From Alphaproteobacteria bacterium (GTDB lineage: Bacteria > Pseudomonadota > Alphaproteobacteria > Bin95): a DNA stretch of 64,000 nucleotides. The stretch spans positions 864,001 to 928,000 of the forward strand of contig CBDBGH010000003.1 in the NCBI GenBank assembly GCA_965205265.1, written 5' to 3'. Each line of letters starts with the position of its first letter. Position 1 is the first letter of the stretch. The notes below the pieces were generated by a model. The model did not search any database. It saw nothing but the letters and a program-made list of their open reading frames with translations, and was not told the origin of the DNA. The position numbers and the translations under genes were made by a program. Positions 42,554-52,011 of this stretch are shown here, piece after piece.

Positions 42554-42967
42554 TCAGGACGATTTGCCGAACCCGCCGCCGGGGGCCCCCAGGCTGTCGA
42601 TGATCGGGCAGTCCGGCCGGTCGTCGCCCCGGCAGGCATCGACGAGATGGGCGAGCTCGTCATGCAGCGACTGGAGCTCGCGCTGCTTCTTCGCAATCTC
42701 CTCCAGGCGCGCCGTTGCGATGCGCTTCACGTCCGCGCTGGAGCGCCGGCGGTCCTCGTAGAGGCCGAGCAGCTCCCGACATTCCGGGATCGAGAACCCG
42801 AACGCCCGCGCCCGGCGCACGAATACGAGCTTCCGCACCGAGGCGTCGTCATAGCTCCGGTAGCCGGACTCCGAGCGCGCCGGCGCCGGCACCAGCCCGA
42901 TATCGGCGTAGTAGCGCACCGTTTTCGCGGGCAGTCCTGAGGCTTTCGAGGCGGCGGAAATGTTCAT
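42554..42967 (-). CDS. cueR: Cu(I)-responsive MerR-family regulator
   Basis: MNI...SGLPAKTVRYY.DIGL, C.GDDRPDCPII metal loop. Confidence 0.92.
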   Translation of the reverse strand: MNISAASKASGLPAKTVRYYADIGLVPAPARSESGYRSYDDASVRKLVFVRRARAFGFSIPECRELLGLYEDRRRSSADVKRIATARLEEIAKKQRELQSLHDELAHLVDACRGDDRPDCPIIDSLGAPGGGFGKSS

Positions 42968-42979
42968 GGGCTCTGGCGC

Positions 42980-43010
42980 TTGACCTTCCAGTAGCTGGAA
43001 ACATTATGTT
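42980..43010 (+). promoter_or_regulatory. CueR-type promoter/operator
   Basis: -35 TTGACC, 19-bp spacer containing the dyad TTCCAG-TAG-CTGGAA, -10 TATGTT. Confidence 0.88.
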
Positions 43011-43040
43011 GCCGGAGAGGACGGAGCAAGAGGCATCGCC

Positions 43041-43487
43041 ATGGTCGCCATAGCCGCAAGGGTCGCTATCGACTGGCATTGCCGCCACACATGGCGGCGG
43101 GCCTCGAAGAACACGGCCTGGTGCCTGCTCGGCTGCGCCATCGGCGATTTCGGCACCATCGCCTTCTTCCAGTTCACCGGCATCCCCTGGCCGACCCTGG
43201 CGATCATGACCCTCGCCATCGTCAACGGGCTGCTGACCTCGATTGCTCTGGAAACGGTCATCCTCTCCCGCCAGATGGACGTTCGCACCGCCTTCCGGAC
43301 GGCCATCGGCATGTCATTCATCTCGATGATCTCCATGGAAGCCATGATGAACGCGGTGGACTGGGCGCTCACCGGCGGCGCCATGCTGACATGGTGGGTC
43401 GTGCCGCTCATGCTGGCCGCGGGCTTCGTCACCCCGCTTCCCTACAATTACTGGCGGCTGAAGGCGCTCGGGAAAGCGTGCCACTGA
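43041..43487 (+). CDS. DUF4396-like membrane protein
   Basis: TAWCLLGCAIGD, SMISME, GF.TPLPYNYW, C-terminal CH. Confidence 0.8.
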   Translation: MVAIAARVAIDWHCRHTWRRASKNTAWCLLGCAIGDFGTIAFFQFTGIPWPTLAIMTLAIVNGLLTSIALETVILSRQMDVRTAFRTAIGMSFISMISMEAMMNAVDWALTGGAMLTWWVVPLMLAAGFVTPLPYNYWRLKALGKACH

Positions 43488-43500
43488 GGGCGGCGGGCCC

Positions 43501-43935
43501 GTGAGACACGCTCTTGCGCTCCTCGCGTTTCTGGTTCCCGCGGCCGGGTTCGCCGGCCACGAACTTGACGACCGCGACCTGGGAAACGGGCAGGCGCTCT
43601 ATGCGGAGCACTGCGCCTCCTGCCACGGGGCGAAGCTGGAGGGCCAGCCCGATTGGCGGCAGCCCGGTCCGGACGGCGTCTTTCCCGCGCCGCCCCACGA
43701 TGCGACGGGCCACACCTGGCACCACGACAACCGGCTGCTGTTCGACTACACGAAACTCGGCGGCGAAGTGCTGTTCGCGGCGCGCGGCATCCGGGGGCCG
43801 AAGAGCGGAATGCAGGGGTTTGCGGATGTGCTCACCGATGACGGGATCTGGGACATTCTCGCCTATATCCGCTCCACCTGGCCGGAGCGGGTCAAGGAAG
43901 TACAGGCCGCGAGGAATCCGCCTCACAACCGGTAG
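43501..43935 (+). CDS. c-type cytochrome
   Basis: Signal peptide, CASCH, PAPPHD.TGHTWHH, distal Met (SGM). Confidence 0.9.
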   Translation: MRHALALLAFLVPAAGFAGHELDDRDLGNGQALYAEHCASCHGAKLEGQPDWRQPGPDGVFPAPPHDATGHTWHHDNRLLFDYTKLGGEVLFAARGIRGPKSGMQGFADVLTDDGIWDILAYIRSTWPERVKEVQAARNPPHNR

Positions 43936-44031
43936 CCGCTTTCTGTCGCCGGATGCCGCGCAAGGCGTCGCTTGAAGGGAAATTCCCGCCGCGCTATCCA
44001 GAAAGAGGGTGAAACAGCGAGGCAATCTTCC

Positions 44032-44802
44032 ATGACCGGCACGCCGGGTTACTTCCAGGGCAAGACCATCGTCATCACCGGGGCAGCGAGCGGCATCGGC
44101 CGGGCGACCGCGCAGATCTTCACCCGCGAGGGCGCCCATGTCGTCGCCTGCGACATCGACGAGGAGGGCAATGACAACACGGTGGAGATCATCCGCCAGA
44201 CGGGAGGCCGGGCGCTCGCCGTCGCCACCGACGTCACCCGGCGCGAGGACGTCGATGCGGCGGTCGCGGAGGCCATCCGCGAGTTCGGGCGGATCGACTT
44301 CATGTTCAACTGCGCCGGCGCGGCGGTGCGCCGGTCCGCCTTCCTCGATATCGACGACGACCTCTGGCAGCGGACCTGGGCGATCAATGTGAACGGCGTG
44401 CTCTACGGCATGCAGGCGGTGCTGCCGCACATGCTGGAGAACGGCAGGGGCGTGATCGTGAATGTGGCCTCCATGTCCCACAAGCGCGGCGGGCCGGGCA
44501 CCTCGGTGCATTACGCCTCCGCCAAGGGCGCGGTGCTGACCATGACGCTCGGCGTGGCGCGGGAGTTCGCAAATCGCGGCATACGCTGCCTGTCGATCTC
44601 GCCGGGTCCCGTCGAGACGCCGTTCCAGGCCGCGGCCGCGACAACGCCGGACACGATGGCGACCTTCCTCTCGGACGTGCCGATGGGCCGCTTCGGCAAG
44701 CCGGAGGAGATCGGCGAGCTCGTGCTCTTCATGTGCTCCGACGCCTGCGAGTTCATGACCGCCGACACGGTCTATGTGAACGGCGGCGGCGGCTGGCGGT
44801 AG
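44032..44802 (+). CDS. SDR family oxidoreductase
   Basis: TGAASGIG, NCAG, YASAK. Confidence 0.92.
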   Translation: MTGTPGYFQGKTIVITGAASGIGRATAQIFTREGAHVVACDIDEEGNDNTVEIIRQTGGRALAVATDVTRREDVDAAVAEAIREFGRIDFMFNCAGAAVRRSAFLDIDDDLWQRTWAINVNGVLYGMQAVLPHMLENGRGVIVNVASMSHKRGGPGTSVHYASAKGAVLTMTLGVAREFANRGIRCLSISPGPVETPFQAAAATTPDTMATFLSDVPMGRFGKPEEIGELVLFMCSDACEFMTADTVYVNGGGGWR

Positions 44803-44808
44803 GGCCGC

Positions 44809-45375
44809 CTACTGCCCGAAGCGGTTTTCGGGGTCGGCGGCGAAGGCTTCCTCCTCGGGCGTGGAGGGGCGGCCGAGGACGGCGTTGCGGTGGGGGAAGC
44901 GCCCGAAGCGGCGGATGATCTCGCGGTGCTTGCGGCCGTATTCGCGGCTGCCGGCGGGTCCATAGGCATCGAACAGGCGCACGACGAGTTCCTGGTCGGC
45001 AAGCGACTCGCTGTGTTCCAGCGGCAGGTAGAAGAACGCCCGGAGGCTGGATGGCTGCCCGCGGTCGAAGCCGCGCGCCACGGCGAAATGCGCGAGCTCC
45101 CGGGCGCGCGGGTCGCCGGCGAAGGCGCGCGCCGTGCCCCGGTAGATGTTGCGGGGGAACTGGTCGAGCAGCAGGATGAGCGCGAGGCAGCGCCGCGGCC
45201 GCCAGCGCCAGTCGTCGAAGCCGCCGGCGATGGCTTCTTCGACGGCGGGCTCGAACCGGCGGCACAGCTCGTCGAACTCCGGCCCGCCCCGGAACCAGAC
45301 CTCGCGCTGCCAGCCGAAGTCGGGAGCTTCGGGCAGGCCGAACCAGAAGTCGAGTACGGCATCCGGATCCGTCAT
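44809..45375 (-). CDS. DUF924 family protein
   Basis: VLDFWF, LLDQFPRN, FFYLPLEHSE, FGRFPHRN. Confidence 0.92.
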   Translation of the reverse strand: MTDPDAVLDFWFGLPEAPDFGWQREVWFRGGPEFDELCRRFEPAVEEAIAGGFDDWRWRPRRCLALILLLDQFPRNIYRGTARAFAGDPRARELAHFAVARGFDRGQPSSLRAFFYLPLEHSESLADQELVVRLFDAYGPAGSREYGRKHREIIRRFGRFPHRNAVLGRPSTPEEEAFAADPENRFGQ

Positions 45376-46331
45376 TCGATCAGCCCTTTCTGTTGCAAGA
45401 GACGGTCGAGCTCGGCGGGGTTGCGCCATTCGATATTGACGGCCACGGTCTCCACCGCGTCCCGAATATCCGCCGGCAGGCGCATGGCGTCCTTCTCGGT
45501 CGTGACGCATCTGGCGCCGAGCGCCGCCGCCTGCTCGATGAGCGCCATCGCCTCCTCCGGCTTGTAGGCGTGGTGGTCCGGAAAGGCGCGGAAATCGACC
45601 AGCCGCGCGCCCAGCTCCTGCAGCGTCTCGGCGAATTTGGCCGGCCGCCCGATGCCGGCGAAGCCGAAAACGGCCTCGCCCGCAAGCCGCTCGCTGCCCG
45701 GCGCCGGCATGAGACGCGCTTCGAGCCGGGGCAGACCGTTCGGCAGGGCGCAGCGGGGGCGGCCGACCACAACGAGCGCATCGGCGCGCGCATGGGCCGT
45801 TGCGGCAGGCTCGCGCAAGGGTCCGGCCGGGAAGACGCGCCCGTTGCCGTAGCCGACCGCACCGTCGGCCACCAGGATCGCCGCATCCTTGGCGAGGCTC
45901 CCGTTCTGGAAGCCGTCGTCCATCACGACGATGCTGGCGCCGGCCTCAGCCGCGGCGAGCGCGCCGGCGGGGCGGTTGCGCGCGACCCAGGCCGGCGCGG
46001 CGCGGGCCAGCAGTAGAGGCTCGTCGCCGACATCGCCCGCGTCATGCGCCGCCGGATCGACCCGGACCGGGCCGTGCTCGCGGCCGCTATAGCCGCGCGA
46101 GAGGAAATGCGGACGGTGCCCGGCGGCGGCAAGGCGTTCGGCGACGGCCAGCGCAACCGGCGTCTTGCCGGCCCCGCCCAGCACGGCGTTGCCGATGCAG
46201 ACGACCGGCACCGGCGCCCGGCGGGCCCTGCCGCGCCCGGGCCGCGAAAGCAGGGCGTAGAGCCGGCCGGCAGGGGCGAGCAGCCGGCCTTGCGGCGCGC
46301 CCGCATCGTTCCAGAAGGCAGGCGGGCGCAC
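45372..46331 (-). CDS. lpxK: Tetraacyldisaccharide 4'-kinase
   Basis: GN...GGAGKTP, SRGY, GDEP, MDDGFQ, FPDHH, TTEKD. Confidence 0.95.
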   Translation of the reverse strand: MRPPAFWNDAGAPQGRLLAPAGRLYALLSRPGRGRARRAPVPVVCIGNAVLGGAGKTPVALAVAERLAAAGHRPHFLSRGYSGREHGPVRVDPAAHDAGDVGDEPLLLARAAPAWVARNRPAGALAAAEAGASIVVMDDGFQNGSLAKDAAILVADGAVGYGNGRVFPAGPLREPAATAHARADALVVVGRPRCALPNGLPRLEARLMPAPGSERLAGEAVFGFAGIGRPAKFAETLQELGARLVDFRAFPDHHAYKPEEAMALIEQAAALGARCVTTEKDAMRLPADIRDAVETVAVNIEWRNPAELDRLLQQKGLIE

Positions 46332-46335
46332 AGGC

Positions 46336-47604
46336 TCAGAGGCGGGCGAGCAGCGGCGAGAGCGCGCCCAGCACCTCGTCCAGCACGCCGCCCCGGGCGT
46401 TGGCCACCGCCGCCGCGCGGGCCGCCTGTGTGCGCCGCGCTTCGCTGTCGGAAAGCAGCATGCCGATGGCGGCCACCAGCTCGTCCCGGTCCGCGACCCG
46501 GCGTGCACCCCCCGCCGCCGCCAGTTCGGCCACAATCTCGGTGAAATTGAACATGGCCGGCCCATGCACGAGCGCCGCGCCCAGCCGCGCCGGCTCGAGC
46601 GGATTCTGCCCGCCATGCGGCACCAGCGAGCCGCCGACGAACACGGCTTCCGCCACGCGGTAGAACAGCCCGAGCTCATCCAGCGTGTCGATCAGATAGA
46701 CCCCGGTCGCCGCGCCCGGCAGTTCCCCGCGCGAGCGCCTGGCGACGGCGAGGCCGTTCTTCGCCGAAAGCAGGGTCTCGATCTCGTCGCCGCGTTCGGG
46801 ATGGCGGGGCGCCAGCAGGGTCAGCACGCCGGCATGGCTGTGCCTGAGCGCCTCATGCGCATAGGCAACCTCGGCCTCTTCGCCGGGATGGGTGGAAGCG
46901 GCGAGCCAGACCGGCCGGTCGGCCACCGCGTCCAGTACCGCTTCGAGCGCCGTTTCGTCCGCACCGAGCGGCGGGGCGGCGTATTTCAGGTTGCCGGGAA
47001 TGCGCACGGGGTCGGCCCCCAGCATGCGGAACCGCGCCGCATGTTCGGCATCCTGCGCGAGCGTGACCTCGAACGAGCCGAGCAGCCGGCGCGCGAAGCG
47101 CGGGAAGTGCCGCCAGCGTCCGAAGGAGACAGGCGACATGCGCGCGTTCAGGAGCGCGGCCGGCACGCTTTGCGCGCTGAGTTCGCAAAGCATGTTGGGC
47201 CAGAGTTCGGACTCGATCCAGAGCGCAAGGTCCGGGCGCCAGTGCTTCAGGAAGCGGCGCACCCACACCGTCCTGTCCATGGGATAGTACTGGTGGATGG
47301 CGCCCGGCGGCAGGCGCCGCGCCAGCAGTGTGGCGGCGGTGCGGGTGACGGAGGTTGCGAGCACCGCCGCATCCGGGCGCAAGGCGGTGATCCTGTCGAT
47401 CAGCGGCAGGACCGACGCGGTCTCGCCTATGCTGGCGCCGTGGAACCAGACCAGCGGACCGTCGGGACGCGCCGCGCCGGCGATGCCCCGCCGCTCGGGC
47501 AGGCGCACCGGGTCTTCCCGGCCGCGCCGCCGGCGGTGGGCGACATAGAACGGCAGCGCGGGCGCCAGCAGGCCGGTCGCCGCCCGGTAGGCAAGGTGCA
47601 TCAT
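46336..47604 (-). CDS. kdtA: Kdo transferase
   Basis: WFHGASIGE, ESELWPN, GNLKY, ASTH.GEE, PRHPER, GGQNPLEPA. Confidence 0.95.
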   Translation of the reverse strand: MMHLAYRAATGLLAPALPFYVAHRRRRGREDPVRLPERRGIAGAARPDGPLVWFHGASIGETASVLPLIDRITALRPDAAVLATSVTRTAATLLARRLPPGAIHQYYPMDRTVWVRRFLKHWRPDLALWIESELWPNMLCELSAQSVPAALLNARMSPVSFGRWRHFPRFARRLLGSFEVTLAQDAEHAARFRMLGADPVRIPGNLKYAAPPLGADETALEAVLDAVADRPVWLAASTHPGEEAEVAYAHEALRHSHAGVLTLLAPRHPERGDEIETLLSAKNGLAVARRSRGELPGAATGVYLIDTLDELGLFYRVAEAVFVGGSLVPHGGQNPLEPARLGAALVHGPAMFNFTEIVAELAAAGGARRVADRDELVAAIGMLLSDSEARRTQAARAAAVANARGGVLDEVLGALSPLLARL

Positions 47605-48290
47605 GGCGCGGTCGCAGACGGCAGCGGCCGGTGTCCGCACAGCCGGTCGGCGCGGTCGGTCAGGCTGTCCAGCGCTTCCTTGAGGCGCGGGAGCGCGTCG
47701 TCGTCCGAAACCGGCAGCGCTTCGCCGAACAGATAGACGCCCCGGTTGACGGGAAGCGGCACCAGCAGGCGGTCCCAGCTCCCGAGCAGGACACGCCGGC
47801 GCACCGACCAGGACACCGGCAGGATGCGCACCCGCGTGAGCCGGGCGAGCGCTGCCGCCCCCGGATGCGGCACCCCGCGCGGCCCGCGCGGCCCGTCGGG
47901 GGTGATCGCCACGATGTCGCCGGCGCGCACCAGGCGGACCAGACGGCGCAGCGCCAGCGCGCCGCCGCGCTCGGTGGAGCCGGAAACGGTATGCAGGCCG
48001 AACCCTTCCGCGATGGAGCCGCCGATCTGGCCGTCGCGATGCGCCGAAATGAGCACATGCGTGCGGTCGGGCCAGGGCCAGTCCACCGGGAACAGCATCA
48101 GCCGCCCGTGCCAGAAGCAGACCACGGCGCTGCCGTCTTCCTTCAGCGCCGTTTCCAGATGCTCGCGCCCTTCGACGCGCCAGCGTGTCGTCCCGGCCAC
48201 CAGCCGGACATAGGCGACCAGCAGCCGCTTCGCGAACCGCTGGGCCGCCGGGTGGCGCAACAACCGCCTGCCGAGACGTTTAGCCCGCAT
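47601..48290 (-). CDS. DUF374 acyltransferase-like protein
   Basis: FWHG, LISAHRDG, GSTERGG, ITPDGPRGP, SWDR. Confidence 0.85.
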   Translation of the reverse strand: MRAKRLGRRLLRHPAAQRFAKRLLVAYVRLVAGTTRWRVEGREHLETALKEDGSAVVCFWHGRLMLFPVDWPWPDRTHVLISAHRDGQIGGSIAEGFGLHTVSGSTERGGALALRRLVRLVRAGDIVAITPDGPRGPRGVPHPGAAALARLTRVRILPVSWSVRRRVLLGSWDRLLVPLPVNRGVYLFGEALPVSDDDALPRLKEALDSLTDRADRLCGHRPLPSATAP

Positions 48291-48360
48291 TGCCTGGAGA
48301 CCGTTTGAGAATTGCACCGATGCAGGGTCCGGCCCCGTTATGCCCGAGCACCCCCCTTTC

Positions 48361-48760
48361 GTCATACCCGGACTTGTTCCGGGCATCTCCGTCGGGGCCA
48401 TCGCGGCGGCCGCATGGATGCCCGGAACAAGTCCGGGCATGACGATATGAGGGCATGACGATGAAGGGGGGCGGCGCGCCGGGCGTCGATCGGAGTCCCG
48501 GTTCGACCGGACCCTTGGAAACCCGTTTGAATCCAGGCCATGCGTCCTGTCCGCAAAACCCAAACCGGACAGCAGTGGAACAAGTCCGGGCATGACGATA
48601 TGGGAGGCGGGTATGACGGGAACGGGGGCGGGCCGCCGGGTGTCGATCCGAGTTCCGATCCCGCCGAACCCCTCCAAGCCCGGTTGAATTCAAGCCATGC
48701 GCTCTGTCCCCCAAATCTAAACCGGACAGCAGTGGAACAAGTCCGGGCATGACGATATGG
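48361..48760. repeat. REP-like inverted pair followed by a ~155-bp tandem array
   Basis: GTCATACCCGGACTTGTTCCGGGCATC and its inverted copy; GGAACAAGTCCGGGCATGACGATATG at 48424, 48577, 48734; AAACCGGACAGCAGT precedes copies 2 and 3. Confidence 0.85.
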
Positions 48761-48847
48761 GGCATGGCGGAAAGGAGCTCGAGGCATCGACTGCGGTCCT
48801 GCCCCGACACGCACGGATGCCGCCGACAACCGATTCTCAAACGGTAT

Positions 48848-50617
48848 CTAGGCAATGCGGCGGCCCGCTTCGGCGAACTGGAGCGCATGCAGGCGCGCAT
48901 AGGCGCCGCTCTGCGCCAGAAGCGCGCCGTGAGCACCCGACTCGATCACCCGGCCCTCGTCGATGACATGGATTACATCGGCATTGGCGACGGTGGAGAG
49001 GCGGTGCGCGATGACGACGGTGGTGCGGCCCTGCTTCAGGCGCTCGAGCGCCGCCTGGACCAGCCGTTCGGTCTCGGTGTCGAGCGCGGAGGTCGCTTCG
49101 TCCAGGAGCAGGATCGGCGCGTCCTTCAGCATGGCGCGCGCAACGGCGATGCGCTGGCGCTGGCCGCCCGAGAGCCTGACGCCGAACTCGCCGACCCGCG
49201 TCCGGTAGCCCTCCGGCATGGCCTCGATGAAATCGTGCGCGCCCGCATTGCGCGCGGCGGCCTCGACCTCTTCCTCCGTCGCGTCCGCCCGGCCGCAGGC
49301 GATATTGGCGTGAATGCTGTCGTCGAACAGCGATACCTCCTGGCTTACCAGCGCGATCCTGTCCCTGAGCGAGGCGAGGGTGACGCTTCGCACGTCCTGC
49401 CCGTCTATGGCGACCCGGCCGGTTTCGACATCGTAAAAGCGCGGGATGAGGTTGAGGATCGTGGTCTTGCCGGCCCCGGAAGCCCCGACCAGGGCCGATG
49501 TGCGGCCTGCCGGGAAGGTGAGCGAGAGGCCGGACAGCGCCGCCGGTCCGTCCGAATAGGAGAAGGACACGTCCTCGAAGGCGATCTCGCCCCGCCCGAC
49601 GCGAAGGGGTGCCGCGTCCGGCGCGTCCACGATTTCGGGCTTCCGGTCCAGCAGCTCGAAGCAGCGCTGTGCGCCGACCAGTCCCTGCTGGATGGCAGCG
49701 TTGACGCTGACGAGATGCTTGACCGGCCGGTAGGCGATCAGGAAGGCCGTCAGGAACGCAACGATGGTGCCCGGCGTGATATTGCCGGCGGCGACTTGCC
49801 CGCCGCCGTAGAAGATGACGGCCGCGATGGCGACGGCGCCCAGGAACTCCATGACCGGGCGGGAGACCGCCTGCACGCGCACTGTCTTGATCGTCAGGCG
49901 GCGGATGCGGTCGATGGCGGCGTCGGCTTCCCTGCGTTCGCGTTCCTCCAGCCGGTAGGCCTTGATATGGCGGATGCCGGTAAGCGCTTGTTCGAGCGTG
50001 GCGGTGAACTCGCCCCAACTTGTCTGCGCGGAGCTCGTGATCCGGCGGATGCGCCGCCCGATGCGCAGGACAAGCATCAGCGTCGTCGGGAACACGAACA
50101 GCACGATCAGGGTGAGCAGCCAGTCCTGGTGGAACAGCACGCCCAGCACGAAGACGATGGTGAGGCTGTCCCTGCCCAGTGTGAGCAGCGTCGTGGACAG
50201 GGCCCCGCGCATCAGGTTCACGTCATTGGTGAAGCGCGAGATGAGCGCGCCGGTGCGGCTGTTGTCGAAAAACACCAGATCCGCATGGACCAGATGGCCG
50301 AACATCGCGGACTGGAAGGAGGCGACCACGCCCTGGCCGACCCTGGCGAGGATGACGGCCGAAAAATAGGCCGAGAAGCCCTGTACAAGGCCCAGCGCGA
50401 AGATCGTGAGCGAAACGACAACGATCAGCGCTTCGTTGCCCGCAACCAGAACCTCGTCCACCAGTTCCTGCACCACGCGGATGTAGCCGGCCTGCGCGGC
50501 GGCGCTCAGCGCCATCGCCAGCGCGGCCAGGCGGAGCGCCGGCAGGTTGGCGCGGATATGGCTTCGCCAGAGGCGGCCGATCAATGCGCGAACGGGAAGA
50601 TCCGGGGGGGAGGCCAT
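48848..50617 (-). CDS. msbA: MsbA-like lipid A exporter (ABC TMD+NBD)
   Basis: SRFTND, GASGAGKTT, LSGGQRQR, LDEATSALD; upstream of kdtA/lpxK. Confidence 0.88.
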   Translation of the reverse strand: MASPPDLPVRALIGRLWRSHIRANLPALRLAALAMALSAAAQAGYIRVVQELVDEVLVAGNEALIVVVSLTIFALGLVQGFSAYFSAVILARVGQGVVASFQSAMFGHLVHADLVFFDNSRTGALISRFTNDVNLMRGALSTTLLTLGRDSLTIVFVLGVLFHQDWLLTLIVLFVFPTTLMLVLRIGRRIRRITSSAQTSWGEFTATLEQALTGIRHIKAYRLEERERREADAAIDRIRRLTIKTVRVQAVSRPVMEFLGAVAIAAVIFYGGGQVAAGNITPGTIVAFLTAFLIAYRPVKHLVSVNAAIQQGLVGAQRCFELLDRKPEIVDAPDAAPLRVGRGEIAFEDVSFSYSDGPAALSGLSLTFPAGRTSALVGASGAGKTTILNLIPRFYDVETGRVAIDGQDVRSVTLASLRDRIALVSQEVSLFDDSIHANIACGRADATEEEVEAAARNAGAHDFIEAMPEGYRTRVGEFGVRLSGGQRQRIAVARAMLKDAPILLLDEATSALDTETERLVQAALERLKQGRTTVVIAHRLSTVANADVIHVIDEGRVIESGAHGALLAQSGAYARLHALQFAEAGRRIA

Positions 50618-50770
50618 GAGGCCCGCTTCATACCACGGGCGGGCGTCGGGCGGGAGCGCCGATGCGCGCCCGGACGCGACGGTTGCCTGCCTCGCGGAAG
50701 CGGGCGTAAAGTCGCCGAGGCTAAAGCAGGGTCCGGCAGAGCCGGGCCGATATCGGGGAGGGTGCAAACC

Positions 50771-51934
50771 ATGAGACGTTCGCTTCTTGCAGCGGCGGCA
50801 GTGCTGGCCGCAGGCGCCGTTCAGGCCGACGAGATCAGGATCGGGGTGCTCTACCCGATCGCCGGGACCGGAGCCGTTTACGGCGAGCCGGCGATGCACG
50901 GCCACAATATGGCCGTGGACGAACTCAATGCCGCAGGCGGCATCCTCGGCAAGAAGATCGTGAGCTTCGCCCGCGACACCAAGCTGAAGCCGGCCGCTGC
51001 TTCCGCTGCTGCCAAGGAGCTGATTACCAAGGACGGCGTGAATGTGCTGGTCGGCGGGCTCTCTTCGGCCGTCGGCCTTGCGATCTCGGAGGTCGCGCGC
51101 CAGGAGGGCGTCGTCTATGTCGCGACGATCCCGAAGACGATCAAGCTCACCACCGAGAAGCGCCACGACCATGTCTTCCGCACCGCCTCGCACACCGACT
51201 TCGAGGGCGATGCGATGGGCCAGATCGTCGCAAAGCTCGGACTGAAGAAGATCTGCGACATCCAGCTCGATTATGCCTATGGCCACGACCTCGCCGCCGG
51301 CATCGAGAAGGGCCTGAAGCGCCATGCGCCGGACGCCGAGAAGGTGCTCGACCTGCGCGTCAAGCTCGGCGCGACCGACTACAACGCCTTCATCTCGCAG
51401 ATCATGGGCGCGGGCTGCGACGGCGTAACGAGCGGCCTCTGGGGCTCGCACTTCGTCAATTTCGCCCAGCAGGGCAGTCCCTTCGGCCTCTTCAACCAGA
51501 TCAAATACATATCGGGCGGCGAGATCGCGAGCCATGAGATCGCCGGCAAGATGAAGGGCGACTATCCGGACAATGTGTGGTCCAACACCTACGAGCTCTG
51601 GTACCACCACCACGATCCGAGCCATGTCGCGTTTCAGGAGGCGCTCGCCGAGCGCTCCGGCACCAAGGAAACGGCGATGTGGCCGGTGCTTGCCTATATC
51701 GGCGTGAAGTTCATCGCGGCCGCCGCCGAGAAGGCCGGCTCGATGGAAGCGGACGCGCTCGCCGGCGCGCTGAAGGGCATGACCATCCAGACGCCGGTCG
51801 GCCCGCGCACCATCGACCCCGAGACCCATCAAGCCGATACCGGCCAGTTCTGGGGCCCGATGGTCAAGAAGGAAGGCGTGGACTACCGCGTGATGGACCC
51901 CGTGACCTTCATTCCGGCGGTCATCGAAGAGTAG
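50771..51934 (+). CDS. Branched-chain amino acid-type ABC substrate-binding protein
   Basis: Signal peptide, NAAGGILG, GGLSSAV, HVFR. Confidence 0.9.
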   Translation: MRRSLLAAAAVLAAGAVQADEIRIGVLYPIAGTGAVYGEPAMHGHNMAVDELNAAGGILGKKIVSFARDTKLKPAAASAAAKELITKDGVNVLVGGLSSAVGLAISEVARQEGVVYVATIPKTIKLTTEKRHDHVFRTASHTDFEGDAMGQIVAKLGLKKICDIQLDYAYGHDLAAGIEKGLKRHAPDAEKVLDLRVKLGATDYNAFISQIMGAGCDGVTSGLWGSHFVNFAQQGSPFGLFNQIKYISGGEIASHEIAGKMKGDYPDNVWSNTYELWYHHHDPSHVAFQEALAERSGTKETAMWPVLAYIGVKFIAAAAEKAGSMEADALAGALKGMTIQTPVGPRTIDPETHQADTGQFWGPMVKKEGVDYRVMDPVTFIPAVIEE

Positions 51935-51949
51935 CGGCCTGCAAGGAAT

Positions 51950-51984
51950 GCGGCCGGCCTCCCGGCCGGCCGCGTTTCCCCCTT
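51950..51984 (+). terminator. Stem-loop after the SBP gene
   Basis: GCGGCCGGCC-TCCC-GGCCGGCCGC followed by GTTTCCCCTTT. Confidence 0.6.
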
Positions 51985-52011
51985 TCCCGACACCGCTGAC
52001 GGAGCCCGTCC

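Noticed and set aside
48424-48760. Possible CRISPR array
   Set aside because: Only three repeats, ~130-bp spacers that resemble each other, REP-type palindrome, no cas genes.
48280-48936. ORFs crossing the repeat region (HIVMPGLVP...) and an N-terminal extension of DUF374
   Set aside because: Translations of the palindromic repeat; the DUF374-like sequence begins at 48290.
48749-51934. 1061-aa and 994-aa giant ORFs
   Set aside because: Upstream extensions of the divergent SBP (start 50771) and msbA (start 50617) genes through each other's antisense strand.
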